DNA of 64,000 nt from assembly GCA_012295275.1 (NCBI GenBank), contig CM022665.1, forward strand, positions 28,210,001 through 28,274,000. The letters are read 5' to 3'. Both the position numbers and the translations under genes were made by a program. Within the stretch, counting starts at the first letter, position 1. Each line of letters begins with the position of its first letter. This document shows positions 60,155 to 64,000 of the stretch, in pieces. This DNA comes from Chrysomallon squamiferum. Taxonomy: Eukaryota; Animalia; Mollusca. The notes beneath the pieces are model-generated. The model saw only the letters and a list, made by a program, of their open reading frames with translations, was not told where the DNA came from and made no database searches.

Positions 60155-60848
60155 CGATACTATAAACACTTATCACCAATATCTTTAAATGTATCAGTGT
60201 AATTGCAGTATAAAACTTCCTAAACCCAGCTATAAATATTTATTTGTTTGTTATTGTTAGGTTTTTTTGTGTGGTTTTTTTGAACGAAATAATGCCTATG
60301 ACAAACTATCCGTGTACGCGTGTGTGTGTGTTTGTATTAAAGAGGAATATATATATATATTTTTTGACAAATCGTTTCCAGTCCAATCTGTTTAAATTGC
60401 TGTTTTCATTCCAGCTGTGAAAAAGGTGATAAATAAACAATAATTAATTCTACTTCTTAACTGCAAAGCTCTAAAATAAATATTTAATTTCTGATAATTT
60501 GAATTATTAGTATCTACAAAACGGTAATCAAAAATGTCATACGTTTTGTTAAAACAGAGAAACAAATGTTTTCAAAGCATATACGGTAATGTAAACGTAT
60601 TTGTATCTTCTGGTTTTATATACACTAAAAAATCTGATTTTGCCCTTGTCAAACGTCCATAACAACAAAACAATAATAATAGTAATGCCATTGTCTAATA
60701 ATTAACAATAACAATCACGCAGAACCAATTTGTACAGACAATGTATACATACGTTTTACAAAGGTTCCTCGTAGAAAAAACTGTGAATTATTAATAAATA
60801 CCGTCATCAAAGACCTTTAACCAATGAGAAACGTGCTTAGATGTGACA

Positions 60849-61813
60849 TCATGGGGTATGCGTGGAGACGGACTCCTGCGATTTCATCACGCAGTCTGGT
60901 TCGTGTGTTTTCGCGACGCTCTCTCTTTCATTTGTTTCCGTGACACATTCCCGTTCGTGTGTTTTCGTGGCGTGTTCTTGCGATCTCATCACACAGCCAG
61001 GTAGATGGTCATCCAGTAGTTTGACCAGTTCGTCTCTCTCTTTAGTAAGATCGCTAATCTCCGTCCTTAGTGAGGTATTACTGGTTTCTAGACTCTGGCT
61101 CTCCTGAAATAGAAAGAGGCTGAAATGATATTTCGTAGCTGAAAACTGTGATAGTAATAGGAGTATTAGTCGTAAGTCAACAATGTCAACAGTAACATCA
61201 GTAGTAGCTGCCGTAGAAGCAGTAACAGTTGTGCTGTTAATAGTAGACATTTAGTAGTAGAAAACATAGTAGTGATTGTAGCTGTAGAGGCAGCAACAGC
61301 AGCAAGAGTGAGAGTGATGGTAGTAGTAGAAGCAGCAGCCACAGAAGCAGTGGTAGCAGTATTCGATGTCTTTTGGAATGTCTGAGGCATAACAAAAATA
61401 TATATATATATAAAAAAAATTAAAATTAAAAAAAAAAAACAACCAATAATGATAATGTTGATGATGATGATGGTGAAATCAGTAATAAAAAATAGCAAGC
61501 AAATAAAGAAATAACCAAACTAATTTAATGGATCGTTAAATTTTTTTAAATCTTTTTTTTTTTTTTTACGAAGCAGGCATATAAATATATTTTGGTTTAC
61601 CTACATTTGCTTTTTTCTTCTTTCTTTCTTTCTTTCTTTCTTTTGAAATAAAATATTAAATCCAATAGTTTTCGTAGACGTTAGGTGTAAAAATTATTAT
61701 CTTACTTTGTATAGACATTCACGAACATTTTTCTTTTTCTCACGAAATTTCTGTGCCGCTCGTCTGTTCTGTGCTCGCCTTCTCTCCAGTTTTGCCTCTT
61801 CATCAGGCCTCAG
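60849..61813 (-). CDS. bZIP transcription factor of the BATF/ATF3/JDP2 type; last two exons, start exon not resolved
   Basis: Exon 61813-61706 encodes LRPDEEAKLERRRAQNRRAAQKFREKKKNVRECLYK (basic region). Exon 61103-60849 encodes ESQSLETSNTSLRTEISDLTKERDELVKLLDDHLPGC... (leucine heptads ending in HxxxC). The GT-AG junction is phase 0. Confidence 0.88.
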
Positions 61814-62499
61814 CTGCAAGACAGACGACGTAATAATAAACAATATTTTCTATACAGCTTAGAAGAATAGTAATATTCACATACTGAAAAAAAAAAAAAA
61901 AAAAAAATTAATAATTTATATAAATCTGAGTATTTTCAATATTCGAAGATGATTCACTGAACCGTATGTGTAGCAGAACAACAACAACAACAAAAATATC
62001 CTAAATACATTCTGAAATTTCCAAGTTTTACTTTTTATTGTAGGCCAGAATTTGCTAGTAATAAAGTATGGTATTAAAATAACAAGCTCGTAAGATTATG
62101 TTTAGAATTAATGAGCATTATTATATGTCCTGTAATGAGTATGAGTACACGTGTGCTTGTGTGTATATGTGCGTCTGTGTGTGTGTGTGTGTGTGTGTTA
62201 AAAAATCTTTGGTATTGTAATCTATATATGTTTCTATGTGTGTTTTTTTGTTATTCTACACATTTTTCTCTTTTTTTGTCATCTGAGTAATATCTAACGT
62301 GACAGATGGAAGTTATTTCACAGGAGAACTGAAACTTAATAACAAATCTTTCATTTTCATTGAAACATGTGTTTCCTATTTTATCCTGTTGAAATGTTTT
62401 GGCTTTGTATTTAAACACTGAGATGAATCATGGAAAGTCTCAATAACATACACTCAGTTATGTTTGTCCATTATCTAGAACTCTGTTTCTACTATCAGT

Positions 62500-62564
62500 A
62501 CTGCATCTACTACTTCTACTCCTCCTCCTCCTCCTTCTACTACTACTGCTACTACTACTACTAT

Positions 62565-62596
<32 letters not shown>

Positions 62597-62705
62597 TTAC
62601 TACTGCTACCAAAGATATTATTAGTACCACTACTATTGCTGGTACTACTATTACTACTTCTAGTATTAAGAATGCTATTATTACTACCATTACCAGTCCT
62701 ACTAC
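62500..62705. repeat. (TAC)n trinucleotide microsatellite
   Basis: Directly visible. Confidence 0.92.
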
Positions 62706-63444
62706 CTATGATTTAGCTCGGATGTATTTATAATTGTGTATGAATAATATTAGTTTAATTGTATCTGTGTCCGTGTGGGTATGTGTTTGTGTGCATGTGT
62801 TAATTCGTGCTTATCTACTTACTTACTTACTTACTTACTTACCTGCCTACATACACAGGAAGCGTTTACATCCACATACTGAGCACACACACACATACAC
62901 ACGTGTATATTTATATATATAAACACACACACGCACCACACACACACGTACACACACATATACAGACACACACATAACATGCTACATACATGACACTATA
63001 TAATACAATACAAGACAGAACATTTGGTGTCAAATTAAAACGAATTTAGCACGCCACGCTGCGGACAATCTCCGTGACAACAACTTACAGCGAGAAATAT
63101 TATTTGTAATGAGTATTACAAGAATGACTCTGATTTGCACAATATATTGATCAGAAAAAGATCTATATGAGCTGACATTCAGCAGCAGACGTCGCCGTCA
63201 TCAACAACGTTCTCTTTATTTGAACAACCTGTCTTTTCTTTGTGAAATTTAAATTAGAACTCCAGAATCTGGATTCAATATCTTTTTTCTTTTTCTTTTT
63301 TTCTTTTTCTACTTTTCTTTTTTTTCTTTTTTTTTTAAATGAAAAACGTATAACAGTACCGATTGTATGGATTATATAAATGGATGGTTTCTTATCAATT
63401 ATTTGTTAAATGATTTGAAGTTTTATGCTTGAAGCGTGTAAAAC

Positions 63445-63658
63445 TTAAATGAATTTTGGCCTGGAAACAGTTCCATTTTGAGGTGTGGGCGCATAGAACA
63501 GTTGCCTAATGATCCCAATGGTCCAGGGCCCCAAGGAATCCATGTATGAAATACCAGTAACATTTTCGTGGTTGTATATGGATGTAAGAGGCCCATTGCA
63601 ATTGTTTTGTGTGACTATAATGCTGTTATGCACGGTCCTGCCTGCAAACATAGTAAAC
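63445..63658 (-). CDS. Possible terminal coding exon of an unidentified gene lying beyond the right edge
   Basis: Acceptor gtttcag at 63659, followed by one open frame (FTMFAGRTVHNSIIVTQNNCNGPL...RPKFI*) of non-repetitive, higher-GC sequence. No family recognised. Confidence 0.35.
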
Positions 63659-63968
63659 CTGAAACTAATGCAAATACAAACTGTTTAAATATTTTGTTTA
63701 TTTAATTATAAACCGTTATGAAAGCTATGATGAATAATCTATATGGCACAGATACTCCCTAAAAAGATTAGCTATGCTGTGTAATCCTGCGTTAATCGTC
63801 ATAGATTGCTACACTGAAATTTGTAATTAAACTAAATGAAAAGAAATTACTTAGGATTTCTGAAATGAATGACACTTCATATCTGGACGATGACGACATT
63901 GACGAAACAATCAATATAATTATTACCGCCACCGCTATCGCTACTACCATCACTAACAACAATAATGA

Positions 63969-64000
<32 letters not shown>

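Noticed and set aside
62298-62385. Open AG-GT segment (DKIGNTCFNENERFVIKFQFSCEITSICH) as a bZIP upstream exon
   Set aside because: Phase-compatible, but the donor is weak, there is no in-frame ATG and no family resemblance; insufficient support.

Overview
AT-rich, intron-containing animal genomic DNA, dense in microsatellites. A mollusc/lophotrochozoan origin is inferred from gene and repeat style and is not proven. Five multi-exon genes can be spliced by hand. (1) The 5' part of APMAP (- strand, runs off the left edge). (2) A complete BTBD9 (+ strand), head-to-head with APMAP. (3) A five-coding-exon gene (- strand, 19664-28709, 1554 aa). It joins a degenerate LGR/GRL101-type 7-transmembrane domain, with no ectodomain, in frame to a pseudokinase. 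The pseudokinase C-lobe is split by a ~950-aa disordered insert rich in Tyr motifs, and the protein ends in a PDZ-binding motif (ETEL). (4) An LRRC74-like leucine-rich-repeat protein with two C-terminal EF-hands (- strand) and an apparent 1-nt frameshift in exon 2. (5) The last two exons of a BATF/ATF3-like bZIP factor (- strand). The 7TM-pseudokinase fusion is the standout candidate for an undescribed system. Also present are MITE-like elements, SINE remnants, RFX X-box motifs and many simple repeats. All family assignments come from recognising motifs by eye; no database search was run.
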